Of a stretch of DNA of 64,000 nucleotides, positions 27,646-36,869 are shown in pieces. Origin of the DNA: Oligoflexia bacterium (GTDB lineage Bacteria > Bdellovibrionota > UBA1018). A model generated the notes under the pieces. That model worked only from the letters and a program-made list of their open reading frames with translations. It was not told the DNA's origin and searched no databases. Location: the NCBI GenBank assembly GCA_963758495.1, contig CAVWVI010000003.1, positions 64,001 to 128,000 on the forward strand. The letters run 5' to 3'. Every line of letters begins with the position of its first letter. The stretch's first letter is position 1. The position numbers and the translations under genes are program-made.

Positions 27646-27962
27646 TCGTAAACTTCTTTGAACTGATATCCATTCATCGAAAATGGATGCTGCTCTTTGG
27701 TTTTTGGTTAGTATTCTTGTCCGGTGCTCTTGCAAATTTCGTTGGATCACCGGGCGTTTTGCAACTCATGAGATTAAGGAATCTTCAATCTCTCAAAGAA
27801 GAGCAACTTTCGCATCTCCAAGACGAAGTCAAAACTCTTCAAAACCAATCCTTGCTTCTCTTAAATAGCCATATCGCACAAGAACAAGAGATTCGCCACG
27901 TCCTAGGGTACGCTGCAAGCGACGAAATTATTTTTGATTTTACACCTAGCAACCAATTCTGA
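27642..27962 (+). CDS. Septum formation initiator (FtsB/DivIC-like)
   Basis: TM plus coiled coil plus RxxLGY...EIIF; conserved position after eno. Confidence 0.7.
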   Translation: MIVNFFELISIHRKWMLLFGFWLVFLSGALANFVGSPGVLQLMRLRNLQSLKEEQLSHLQDEVKTLQNQSLLLLNSHIAQEQEIRHVLGYAASDEIIFDFTPSNQF

Positions 27963-28162
27963 TTTTTTAATAAGTAGTCCCCCTTTAGGGCTAAAGATTT
28001 GGATTGCCGGCGCAACAGGACTCCTTAAAGTGCTTACTTTTTTTATTGCCTGCTGCTTTGACACTTCTCATATTTGCAGTCAGAATCATCTAAACAGATG
28101 AACAATCTCGTCGTCAATTCAACTTCACATCCCACTCAAATTCAATTGGAGGACTTTTCTGA

Positions 28163-28366
28163 ATGTCGCTTGGCAAAGTAAAATGGTTCAATGACTCAAA
28201 AGGATTTGGGATTATCGAACGCAAAGAAGGTGGTGAAATTTTTGTTCATTGGAGCGGAATTCGGCTGGAAGGTTATAAAACCCTCGCTCCCGGACAAGAA
28301 GTAGAATTCGATATCTATGAAGGACAAAAAGGACCTGAGGCTCAGAATGTAACTCAGCTCGATTGA
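28163..28366 (+). CDS. Cold-shock protein
   Basis: [19 protein letters not shown] and GPEAQNV motifs. Confidence 0.95.
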   Translation: MSLGKVKWFNDSKGFGIIERKEGGEIFVHWSGIRLEGYKTLAPGQEVEFDIYEGQKGPEAQNVTQLD

Positions 28367-28392
28367 GTCAGCCTGAGTTAGGTTGATACAGA

Positions 28393-28541
28393 GGTCCTTG
28401 TGAAAGTATTAGAGCTAAGCAGTTTTCCTTTAGGGTTGTTAACAAGCACTGTAAGGAGTCCTGTTACGCCGTAAAGATTTGGGTTCCCGGCGCAACAGGA
28501 CTCCTTACAGTGCTTCCCTATGAATTGACTTCACAAGGACC
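28393..28541. repeat. Nested inverted-repeat element (REP/MITE-like)
   Basis: Outer 12-bp IR at 28393-28404/28530-28541; inner 28-bp IR at 28444-28471/28488-28515 (1 mismatch); partial copy at 27981-28035. Confidence 0.8.
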
Positions 28542-28554
28542 CTTTTAAAATCAC

Positions 28555-29547
28555 TTAATGGACTTCAACGCTTTCAATTCCTACGACTTTGCCAAAGAAT
28601 TTATTAGCCGCCATATACATGGATGTGAACTCACGACGTCCTGATTGGTCATTCGTCTGTAAATACCAGCGAGTTCCCGAACGCACCAGTTCCATCTGAA
28701 AGGTACCCGTATTTCGGGTAATTCCATTGATGAGATAAATCAGGTTGATTACCCCTCCAGAAGAACTATTCAGATTAACTCCCTGAAGTTTGATCACGTC
28801 ATAACCGCTCTGATTCAACAACACCACACCGCTATGGAGCTGATTGAGATTGAATTCCTTCATGCCGCTTCCATTGCCATAATAGCGAAGAGCCGTAAAA
28901 TTAGAATCTCCATCCACTACCGTTGCAATTTCTCCATATCCCGACATGGCATCAGAAGTAATACGAAGGATTTTTGACTCAGAAAAATTATTTTCAATTT
29001 CAACCCTGCTTTCAAATACAGAAACACTCTCAACTCCGACTATTTGGCCAAAAGTTTTGCGCATTTTCATATTCATGAGATTGAATTTTTTGACTTCATT
29101 CCCATCTTGAACTTGAAGAGACCATTCATTCCCCGTTCGAACTAATTCCATTTCAAACGTCTGATAGCTCCCAGTAAGCCCATCATGAAGGTATACCCAC
29201 TCCAAGTGTCCACCTGAATTGGGATTAAAATCCTTGCTACCTAATTTGAAAACATCCATTCCACTTTGCTTGTACATGACAGGCATGGAATCAAGCGTAT
29301 TTTGCGTAATTTCTGTGAACTGGTTCCCTTTATAATAATACTTAAACGATAAAATATCTGATTTATCATCTAACTCAACTTTAAGATAAGTCGCATCTAC
29401 TCCTTCAGCTTTAAACTTTAGAAGTTGACTCTCGGAATTTGCGTAAGCAAGATTTCCAAAAACACCTGCTATATTTACCAGAGCGACAACCCCGCCCCAG
29501 ATAGATAAAAATGACTTCTTGGTCAAATAGTTAATAGAAAAATCCAT
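28555..29547 (-). CDS. Secreted hypothetical protein with two homologous domains
   Basis: Internal duplication QSGxDVxKL...SGG...YL..G.T....F.MELVR.G..W.LQ...FG..VG.ESV. Confidence 0.75.
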   Translation of the reverse strand: MDFSINYLTKKSFLSIWGGVVALVNIAGVFGNLAYANSESQLLKFKAEGVDATYLKVELDDKSDILSFKYYYKGNQFTEITQNTLDSMPVMYKQSGMDVFKLGSKDFNPNSGGHLEWVYLHDGLTGSYQTFEMELVRTGNEWSLQVQDGNEVKKFNLMNMKMRKTFGQIVGVESVSVFESRVEIENNFSESKILRITSDAMSGYGEIATVVDGDSNFTALRYYGNGSGMKEFNLNQLHSGVVLLNQSGYDVIKLQGVNLNSSSGGVINLIYLINGITRNTGTFQMELVRSGTRWYLQTNDQSGRREFTSMYMAANKFFGKVVGIESVEVH

Positions 29548-29724
29548 TTTTCCCCCTTTTTTTGACATGATAACAACTAAAAAACCCAAAGAAATAATGG
29601 CTTTTTACTTACAATTTGTCCACAAATATCCATACTTATCTAAATAACGGGTGACTCTAGGCAAAAATTGCCAGTCGCGTTAATATCTTGCTTATGAGAA
29701 ATTAAATACTAAGGGGATATCTTA

Positions 29725-30285
29725 ATGACACGAAAAAAATCATTAGTCTTTTTTCCTGCATTCTTCATCTTCACAGCAAGTTCCGCCTTTGCTGATCTTT
29801 TAGTAATTAATGTTGAACCCATCGTTGGATATGAACAAGTACAACAAGTCTTACCCACTCCACATAGGATCAATCGCCTCATTTACGGCGCACGTGCTAC
29901 AGGCGGAATTCTCTTAATTTCAGCTGAAGCAGAATATACTCACGGTGTCGCTCAAGAGTCCTTTCCTAACTTCTCTCAGACTGATACGGGAGATCAGCTC
30001 AAGGTTGGATTACGATCGGGTTTCTCTTTAGGACCTCTCCTCACCCTTTCGGTGCGAGGAGGAGTGCAGGCATCTCAGGAAAAAATCGATCAAACAAGCA
30101 ATGGAGTTACCACCACCACATTTCAACCCGTTGCCTACAATCCCTACCTTGGCTTGGCTGCACGAGCCATGTTGACATCTCATCTCTCCGCAAGCGCAGG
30201 GGTTGTTGCAATTATACCTAATATTAATGACATGAGCCAGAACGAGTACCAGATGACAGCAGGATTTGCGATTCGATTTCCTTAA
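29725..30285 (+). CDS. Outer-membrane beta-barrel protein
   Basis: Signal peptide (AFA-D), amphipathic strands, C-terminal GFAIRFP. Confidence 0.65.
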   Translation: MTRKKSLVFFPAFFIFTASSAFADLLVINVEPIVGYEQVQQVLPTPHRINRLIYGARATGGILLISAEAEYTHGVAQESFPNFSQTDTGDQLKVGLRSGFSLGPLLTLSVRGGVQASQEKIDQTSNGVTTTTFQPVAYNPYLGLAARAMLTSHLSASAGVVAIIPNINDMSQNEYQMTAGFAIRFP

Positions 30286-30421
30286 ATCTGTGCAGATGAA
30301 GCAAATCAAAAGATATTCAAACAATTTCGTGATTGTAGCACGGAATCCTGTACAAAGGGCGGCCAAGAGGAATGTATAAGGAATATCTCCAAAAATGAAG
30401 AGATAAAAAAGATTTACTGAT

Positions 30422-33400
30422 TCAATCTGCTGGCAAGTGTACACCTTCTTCTAATCGTATTGCCCCTTGATGGCTTGGATTAATTAAGAGCTTTCCATTT
30501 TTATCTTGGTGAAAAATAGAACGATAGAGAGACGGGTAAGCACTTGCATCACTGACATAAAAGAGTTTCTGTAATTGATAAAAATCTTTCAAGCTCATGC
30601 CTAATTTTTTTGCCCTTTTATTGAATGCTGTCATTAAAAAATTAGACCCGAGATCTTTGCCCTGAATCATTTCACCCAAGAAATCGTGATTGACCAATTG
30701 TGTGGCCAAATTGACTTGGTCTTGATTATATCCCCATTTACCAAGGAAATGACGAAGGATTGGAACGGTAAACTTATGCTGATCCTTCTTATTACCGAGA
30801 GACTTCCCAATATCATGAAGAATCAGCATAGCTCGTAAAAGATTAGGTAGGGATCCAAATTGCTTATATTTTATTTCCAACTGATCTAGAGAATAGTACT
30901 TATACTGATCTTCAAACTGATGAATCACTTTCTCAGTGTGCTCACCCACAGTATATCCCTCAGAAACCTGTGCGGAGCTGGAAAGTAACTTTTTCAAATA
31001 GGGGTACTCATTTTCAACGATAGATAAATCGACTTTTTCATTTTTGAGAAAGAAGGTAGGACTTTGATGGTTTGCTTTGCTATCTGAAACAAATTTTTTA
31101 ATAGAATCCACGACATTGATCTTCGTTGCCGAAAGACAGGCATCCTTTGTGCTGAAAGAAATGGGTAACACGGTGGGGTCATAAAAATCCCCAAAATAAA
31201 TCACGCGATATTGATTATGAATAGAATTTGCTACCTTTTGACACATCAGTTGATTTTCAGGGTTTGCTTCCTGCAATGACTCATGACACTCACTGATTGA
31301 AGAAAAATTATAGTTCATAGGCTCAATTATACTGACACCTGAAATTAATTGAGCTCTGTTATTTTTGTAAGGAATACAGAGAAGTCCCGTCTTCTTTTCA
31401 AGATCGATAGAAGTATGACAATCTTGATTCGACTGAAACGCGGTAGAACCTCCAATGAGAGCACCCACAAAGGGGCGAGAAGAATCAATAATAGTATTAT
31501 CTTGAGTACAGCGCAAATCTGCTTTGCAGAAATTACCTGGCACTGCTCCAAGAAAAATATTTAAACTATATTCATGAGGATTAGCAGGCAGCCGAATACA
31601 ACTTCCTTCAGTATTAAATCTATATCGAGTTGGAAATCTGGATTCACATTCGTCAGGATTCACATCAGTTTTAATTAAGATGAGTTTTTTGCCATCATAA
31701 TATGTATACTTTCTACAATCACCTTCATATGTCCAATAATACTGAGCCTCCAGTTCTCCTTCATTGAGCTTTTTCAAAATCTGTTCACCTTTATGAACGA
31801 AGTCCTTTAATTTCTTTGAATCACCCCAAGCATCGACTGGCGTATACATTTCACGGTTATTCAAAGGCATGTCAAGATACTGAGGGACGTACGGTCGATT
31901 CTGAAACTCCTGCTCGGCTCGATCCTCAAAATAATCTCCTCTTTGCTTATTTTGATTTCTAAGTTCAGAATAATATTTGAAGAGTTCGCTTACTGGAAGA
32001 GTCTTTCCTGAAAAGTGTCGAATAGTAACATGAGGGTCTTTAACTACCCATCCATCTTTAGTTTTACCTTTATTATTTAACGATTCCCACGGATATCTTA
32101 CCACAACAGGGGCCGTTGAATTATAAACTTCTTGATTAGAAATGTTTTCTGCCTGCATTGCTTTTTTCAGTTCTGCATCATCTATAAGATCAACAATTAA
32201 TGCACCTTTTGGGACCTTCACCTCAACAAGGGCCGCATCTATTCCTTCTGCATAAATTGAAGAGTCTACCGGGTTACAAGCCGCATAGAGCCCTGGCCCT
32301 GCCGTCGTCCTTCCACCTCCAGCATTGACGGTACATATATCAAAAGCAGGCTTTCCCTTGCCTAAGCGGATTTTTGTCCGTGCTAATTCATACTTAGCTT
32401 TTCCCCATCGACTCAGAACAATAGGTTGATCCATACGTTTCGCGTGGGTCATCAAAAAGGCTGTCACCTTGTCGTTGATGCTCCAAGCCTTGGCACCTTT
32501 CTGAGTCAGAGCCTCTACAATCTGGGTATGGTCTCTCTTATAAGCAATCATGAGGGCTGTGTCGCCATCTTTACCCTGAAGATTTATATCAGCACCTTTG
32601 CTAATCAATGCATCCACAATCTGAGTATTGCCTTTACGTGCCGCAAAAATGAGGGCTGTTTCGCCATCTTTATCCTGAAGATTTACATTAGCTCCATTGC
32701 CAATCAATGCATCCACAATCTGGGTATTGCCTTTATCTACCGCCAAAATGAGAGCTGTTTCGCCATCTTTCCTCTGAAGATTTACATCAGCACCTTTGCT
32801 AATCAATGCATCCACAATCTGGGTATAGCCTTTATATGCCGCCCAAATGAGAGCTGTGTCGCCTTCTTTATCCTGAAGATTTACATTAGCTCCATTGCCA
32901 ATCAATGCATCCACAATCTGGGTATTGCCTTGACGTACCGCCAAAATGAGAGCTGTGGTGCCATCTTTATCCTGAAGATTTACATCAGCACCTTTGCTAA
33001 TCAATGCATCCACAATCTGGGTATTGCCATTATATGCCGCACAAATGAGAGCTGTGGCGCCATCTTTCCTCTGAAGATTTACATCAGCACCTTTGCTAAT
33101 CAATGCATCCACAATCTGGGTATTGCCTTTATATGCCGCCAAAATGAGGGCTGTGTCGCCATCTTTCCTCTGAAGATTTACATCAGCACCTTTGCTAATC
33201 AATGCATCCACAATCTGAGTATAGCCTTTATCTACCGCAAAAATGAGAGCTGTGTCGCCATCTTTCCTCTGAAGATTTACATCAGCACCTTTGCTAATCA
33301 ATACATCCACAATCTGAGTATAGCCTTTACGTGCCGCCAAAATGAGAGCTGTGTCGCCTTCTTTATTCTGAAAATTTACATCAGCACCTAAGTCTAATAT

Positions 33401-33814
33401 ACGAGTTACGACCTGAGCATTTTCTGTTATAAAAGAATGGAATAAGAGAGTATTCAGTTGAGTGGGACTTGCCTTTGCACCTTGATTCATGAGCGCAATT
33501 GCGATATCCACGTACTTCTTGGTCAAGGCTAAGGATAATGCAGTATTACCTAGCTCATCTTTCTCGTTGAAGTATTTATCTCTAATTCCTGCTAAAAATG
33601 CTACCTTGTTTTTGACAGTTAAATACTGTAGACGTTCTTTAACAGTAAGCTTAACGTTATTGATTTCATGTAATGCCTCTTCACAAGATTGCTGGCCTGG
33701 GCATTTGAATTTTAACAGGTGGATGAGCGGAGTTTCTCTTGAATAAGATGAATTTATTAAAAATGTAAATACACATAATAATATAAGTACAAATCGATTC
33801 ATAACAAAGTACAT
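30422..33814 (-). CDS. Secreted multidomain protein: ankyrin repeats + ART-like domain + Cys-rich repeats + HD domain
   Basis: Signal peptide; 9 near-identical ankyrin repeats; GPGLYAACNPVDSSIYA; FxSxxxC repeats; EHT...LHDIGK...H...HD...SD. Confidence 0.85.
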   Translation of the reverse strand: MYFVMNRFVLILLCVFTFLINSSYSRETPLIHLLKFKCPGQQSCEEALHEINNVKLTVKERLQYLTVKNKVAFLAGIRDKYFNEKDELGNTALSLALTKKYVDIAIALMNQGAKASPTQLNTLLFHSFITENAQVVTRILDLGADVNFQNKEGDTALILAARKGYTQIVDVLISKGADVNLQRKDGDTALIFAVDKGYTQIVDALISKGADVNLQRKDGDTALILAAYKGNTQIVDALISKGADVNLQRKDGATALICAAYNGNTQIVDALISKGADVNLQDKDGTTALILAVRQGNTQIVDALIGNGANVNLQDKEGDTALIWAAYKGYTQIVDALISKGADVNLQRKDGETALILAVDKGNTQIVDALIGNGANVNLQDKDGETALIFAARKGNTQIVDALISKGADINLQGKDGDTALMIAYKRDHTQIVEALTQKGAKAWSINDKVTAFLMTHAKRMDQPIVLSRWGKAKYELARTKIRLGKGKPAFDICTVNAGGGRTTAGPGLYAACNPVDSSIYAEGIDAALVEVKVPKGALIVDLIDDAELKKAMQAENISNQEVYNSTAPVVVRYPWESLNNKGKTKDGWVVKDPHVTIRHFSGKTLPVSELFKYYSELRNQNKQRGDYFEDRAEQEFQNRPYVPQYLDMPLNNREMYTPVDAWGDSKKLKDFVHKGEQILKKLNEGELEAQYYWTYEGDCRKYTYYDGKKLILIKTDVNPDECESRFPTRYRFNTEGSCIRLPANPHEYSLNIFLGAVPGNFCKADLRCTQDNTIIDSSRPFVGALIGGSTAFQSNQDCHTSIDLEKKTGLLCIPYKNNRAQLISGVSIIEPMNYNFSSISECHESLQEANPENQLMCQKVANSIHNQYRVIYFGDFYDPTVLPISFSTKDACLSATKINVVDSIKKFVSDSKANHQSPTFFLKNEKVDLSIVENEYPYLKKLLSSSAQVSEGYTVGEHTEKVIHQFEDQYKYYSLDQLEIKYKQFGSLPNLLRAMLILHDIGKSLGNKKDQHKFTVPILRHFLGKWGYNQDQVNLATQLVNHDFLGEMIQGKDLGSNFLMTAFNKRAKKLGMSLKDFYQLQKLFYVSDASAYPSLYRSIFHQDKNGKLLINPSHQGAIRLEEGVHLPAD
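32492..33382 (-). repeat. Nine 99-bp tandem ankyrin-coding repeats
   Basis: Repeated unit DVNLQxKxGxTALIxAxxxGxTQIVDALIxxGA. Confidence 0.95.
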
Positions 33815-33919
33815 AATAATGAGTTTAATTTAGTTATTAATTAATGCATCACATTTTTCCACCTCAGCTCATGCTTCGCATCCCCAACAATGCTGAATTT
33901 TATTTAAATCAACTCCTGG

Positions 33920-35365
33920 TCAGTGACAAACCCATAGCGACCAACGACTAGCAAACTTTCTGGGTCCTACTAAAAAGCTGAAGTAGTCTAACCACCGAGG
34001 ATAGACTGTATACTGAAGATCACATTGGCCCCCTGCGTGAACGGTTTCAGGTGGCAAATTAAACTGATCATAAAAAAGCCAAAATTCCTTATGGTTTTTC
34101 ATAGAATCAAGATTGGCTACCGAAGGCAAAGCATGTAATTGAAGACCCGGTCGACGGTAAAAGTACACGTCCGAGCCTCCTACGCTATAAGGATTATGAC
34201 GCACATAATAAAGCTCTTCGATAGGAGGTTCCTGCGCAAATACCGCCTGATAGAAGTTAGGTTGGTTTGAAGAAGGCTTAAGCGTTGCAACTAGAAGAGC
34301 ACCTACGTCAAATAGAACTAACGCTCTGGCGCCGACATATATCCATGATTGAGGAAGCGCCTTCAACTGCGCTTGAACTGCTTGGAGCCCCAATACACAA
34401 AGTACAGGAAGAACAGGAAGCATAGGATATAGAAATCTCTGTTCCTTATGAGCAAAAAGGCTATGGGCCACCACAAAAGTAAAAGTAATTACACTTAAAA
34501 TATGAAGTGGCCGTTTAACCCAAGCACAAATTACGCAGACCAATAACCCCACTCCGACAGGTGGCATCATCCGAACTAAATCCTCAAAATAGTACCAGGC
34601 TGGACTCACTCCAAATTGAGCCGCCTTTCCTAAAACGACATTCTGATAGAAATAATTCCAAGGAGTAAATCCCCAGGACTGATAGCCCCAACGATCTAAA
34701 GCCAAGCCAAAAATGACTGCTGATATGCATCCCAGTAGTGGCTTGAACAGAAACTTCAAGGACTTCTGTTCCTTCTGCTCTATGAGAAGAGCCCATATCA
34801 ACACAGTCGCGACAGGGATTGCCATCTGATACCGAAGGTCAAAGGATAGACCTAAAAGAAAACCGAAAAGAAAGAGAAAGCGCTGACCTGAATTCAAAAC
34901 ATAGAGCGCAACAGCAAGCCAAAAAAAAGTGCCTGATAAGTTCTCACCGGAGGTCCTCGCGTGGAGGTAGGGCAGACACCAGAAAATACAAAGCACTCGT
35001 ATCGCGATTTCACGCCACTTCTGATCCTGAAACCAACGGTAACAACAAAGAGCGAGGCCGACCAAACTGCCCCAACCTAGCAAGGCAGAAAAGAGTCTTA
35101 GCATCATGGCCCACTTGAAAGGATCATGAATCCCAAATCGGATCGCAACTCTTACTATCCCTTCATAAAGAAATGGCTGTAACCAAGAGCGCATGTGAGC
35201 ATGAAACTCCCAAGCGAGGTTTTCTGCTCCAGATCGCCCTAAGCGGTAATTCAGAAATTCCAAAATCTGAAAATGTTCATCCATGTCATAAAATCCAACA
35301 CTCAGCCAGCCCGCTAAGAGGTGAAAACATAGACTTATCCCCAGCCAACGAATCAGAAATTTCAT
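33920..35365 (-). CDS. GT-C glycosyltransferase, GT22 (PIG-B/Alg9-like mannosyltransferase)
   Basis: DEHFQILE, WEF...RSWLQP, FG.SP.WYYF and HKEQRF motifs; many TM helices. Confidence 0.8.
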   Translation of the reverse strand: MKFLIRWLGISLCFHLLAGWLSVGFYDMDEHFQILEFLNYRLGRSGAENLAWEFHAHMRSWLQPFLYEGIVRVAIRFGIHDPFKWAMMLRLFSALLGWGSLVGLALCCYRWFQDQKWREIAIRVLCIFWCLPYLHARTSGENLSGTFFWLAVALYVLNSGQRFLFLFGFLLGLSFDLRYQMAIPVATVLIWALLIEQKEQKSLKFLFKPLLGCISAVIFGLALDRWGYQSWGFTPWNYFYQNVVLGKAAQFGVSPAWYYFEDLVRMMPPVGVGLLVCVICAWVKRPLHILSVITFTFVVAHSLFAHKEQRFLYPMLPVLPVLCVLGLQAVQAQLKALPQSWIYVGARALVLFDVGALLVATLKPSSNQPNFYQAVFAQEPPIEELYYVRHNPYSVGGSDVYFYRRPGLQLHALPSVANLDSMKNHKEFWLFYDQFNLPPETVHAGGQCDLQYTVYPRWLDYFSFLVGPRKFASRWSLWVCH

Positions 35366-35400
35366 GTATTAAGACAATAACAGATTTTCTTGACTCGACC

Positions 35401-35530
35401 GAGTCATTTGCCAGCAATTCACGATTGGGGTGTCGGGGGGAGGCTCATCCATGAGCCTCCTGGGCTATTCCCATCCTGGAGCCCAGAGCCCCCTCACCCA
35501 ATCGATGAATTGCTGCCGTAAACTTGACTC
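35401..35530. other. GC-rich branched inverted-repeat structure in a divergent intergenic region
   Basis: Long outer stem 35412-35432/35495-35515 enclosing hairpins 35439-35460 and 35460-35486. Confidence 0.6.
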
Positions 35531-35560
35531 ACTTCCCTATTATTAGTATATACTGATAAT
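35524..35560 (+). promoter_or_regulatory. sigma-70-like promoter with overlapping palindromic operator for brnTA
   Basis: TTGACT at 35524; AT-rich -10 region inside the palindrome ATTAT-t-AGTATATACT-g-ATAAT that ends at the ATG. Confidence 0.55.
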
Positions 35561-35849
35561 GCAGTTTGATTGGGATGAAAAGAAGAACGCAAGTAACCGA
35601 ACTAAACATCGAATTGCCTTTCAAGTGGCGATTACCGTCTTTGATGATCCCCTTGCATTAATCGCCCCTGATCCCAAGCATTCTCATGAAGAAGTAAGGG
35701 AGTGGATTATAGGTGAATCGGATAACGGAGTTCTGGTCGTAGTATTCACTATCCGCCAACCAGGGGATATTTACCGACTGATCAGTGCAAGGCGAGCTAA
35801 TAGAAAGGAGCGCGGAAAATATGAAGAAAGTAAAAGAGTTTCCATTTGA
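35559..35849 (+). CDS. brnT: BrnT family toxin
   Basis: FDWDEKKNASNRTKHRIAF...F.DP...E.R...IG...RLISARRA. Confidence 0.92.
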   Translation: MQFDWDEKKNASNRTKHRIAFQVAITVFDDPLALIAPDPKHSHEEVREWIIGESDNGVLVVVFTIRQPGDIYRLISARRANRKERGKYEESKRVSI

Positions 35850-36084
35850 GTCTGCTAGGCGAATTACTCCATCTGAAGTCAAAGCAGGTAGAAAAGCAAT
35901 TGAAGATAAACTAGGAGTGCCACGTCCGAAACGGGGACGTCCGGTTAAAACTGAAGAAAAGTACAAGCCTGTCTCGATTCGTCTCCATCCCAAAGCTTTA
36001 GAATGGGCAAAACGTGAAGCGAAGAAAAGGGGAGTAGGCTACCAGACTATTATTAATGAGGTCTTACTTAAAAAAGTGGCCTAA
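35821..36084 (+). CDS. brnA: BrnA family antitoxin
   Basis: RGRP...SIRLHP...W...GYQTIINEVL; overlaps brnT. Confidence 0.88.
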   Translation: MKKVKEFPFESARRITPSEVKAGRKAIEDKLGVPRPKRGRPVKTEEKYKPVSIRLHPKALEWAKREAKKRGVGYQTIINEVLLKKVA

Positions 36085-36104
36085 TTTTTATGAAAGGCGA
36101 AGGT

Positions 36105-36245
36105 ATGAAGAAGGAGTTTAACTTTAAGGGGGCAAAAAGAGGAGCAAGAATAAATCGTGAAACAACTAAAGTCTCAGTAACCGCTAGACTTGATTCTAAT
36201 GTTGTTTCTTGGCTAAGAAATGTCGCGGATCAGTTCCTACTTTAG
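36105..36245 (+). pseudogene. Truncated second BrnA-like antitoxin (not in ORF track)
   Basis: MKKEFNFKGAKRG...KVSVTARLDSNVVSWLR then stop; lacks the GYQT C-terminus. Confidence 0.65.
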
Positions 36246-36309
36246 CACAGGACTAATGGAACGCCCCTTATCGGACTACTTAGGCGCAGGCAAATGGAAC
36301 GCGAAGTAT

Positions 36310-36699
36310 TTATCTTAAGACAATAGAGCGGTTAATGTACTGCTGATTTCGCTTGATCCTGATGGCACCCAGTTGAAGAACAGCTTTCAAATGAAACCCG
36401 CGATCCGCCTGAGCCATAAATAGAACGGAACCCCATTTTCCAATGTAGGGAAAAATAGTTGCACTTCCACCACGTCCTAGAGTCAAGCCTGTTGTCACCC
36501 CACCTACCCAAGTACCTTCAATGGTTATTCTCTTTGGGCTAAGAATTTGAATCACGTACCTTGATCGTGAAAGACCCACACCCATGGCTCCAACAAAACC
36601 ATATTTTGCGATATACTGTTTACCGTCTTCTCCTGTGCAAGTAAGCTCATCCCCGACTCCAAAAATGAAGTCAGCAAATTCTTCTCCATAGCACGTCAT
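36310..36699 (-). CDS. Hypothetical Gly-rich beta protein, possibly a gene fragment
   Basis: 129-aa ORF with no obvious RBS or signal peptide. Confidence 0.45.
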   Translation of the reverse strand: MTCYGEEFADFIFGVGDELTCTGEDGKQYIAKYGFVGAMGVGLSRSRYVIQILSPKRITIEGTWVGGVTTGLTLGRGGSATIFPYIGKWGSVLFMAQADRGFHLKAVLQLGAIRIKRNQQYINRSIVLR

Positions 36700-36869
36700 T
36701 AGTATAAGAGTGACTAAAGGACACCCGATCGACCTGATTCTGAAATGGGACCTCGGGTTGAAGAACGTTCACTCGTTTGTTGGCAATCAGCCGATTTAAC
36801 CATAATAGCTCGCTGTTCATCAAGACATCTGAAAATTTTTTAAGATTCAGTTTGTCCGCTCTTCTTAAT

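Noticed and set aside
29658..29674. sigma-54-like TGGCA...TTGC upstream of the 29547 gene
   Set aside because: GG-to-GC spacing is 8, not the required 10.
32492..33382. Possible CRISPR array or DGR among the tandem repeats
   Set aside because: Units are contiguous in-frame coding repeats without unique spacers; no cas or reverse transcriptase gene is in the window.
32426..33391. 321-aa repetitive plus-strand ORF
   Set aside because: Antisense shadow of the ankyrin array.
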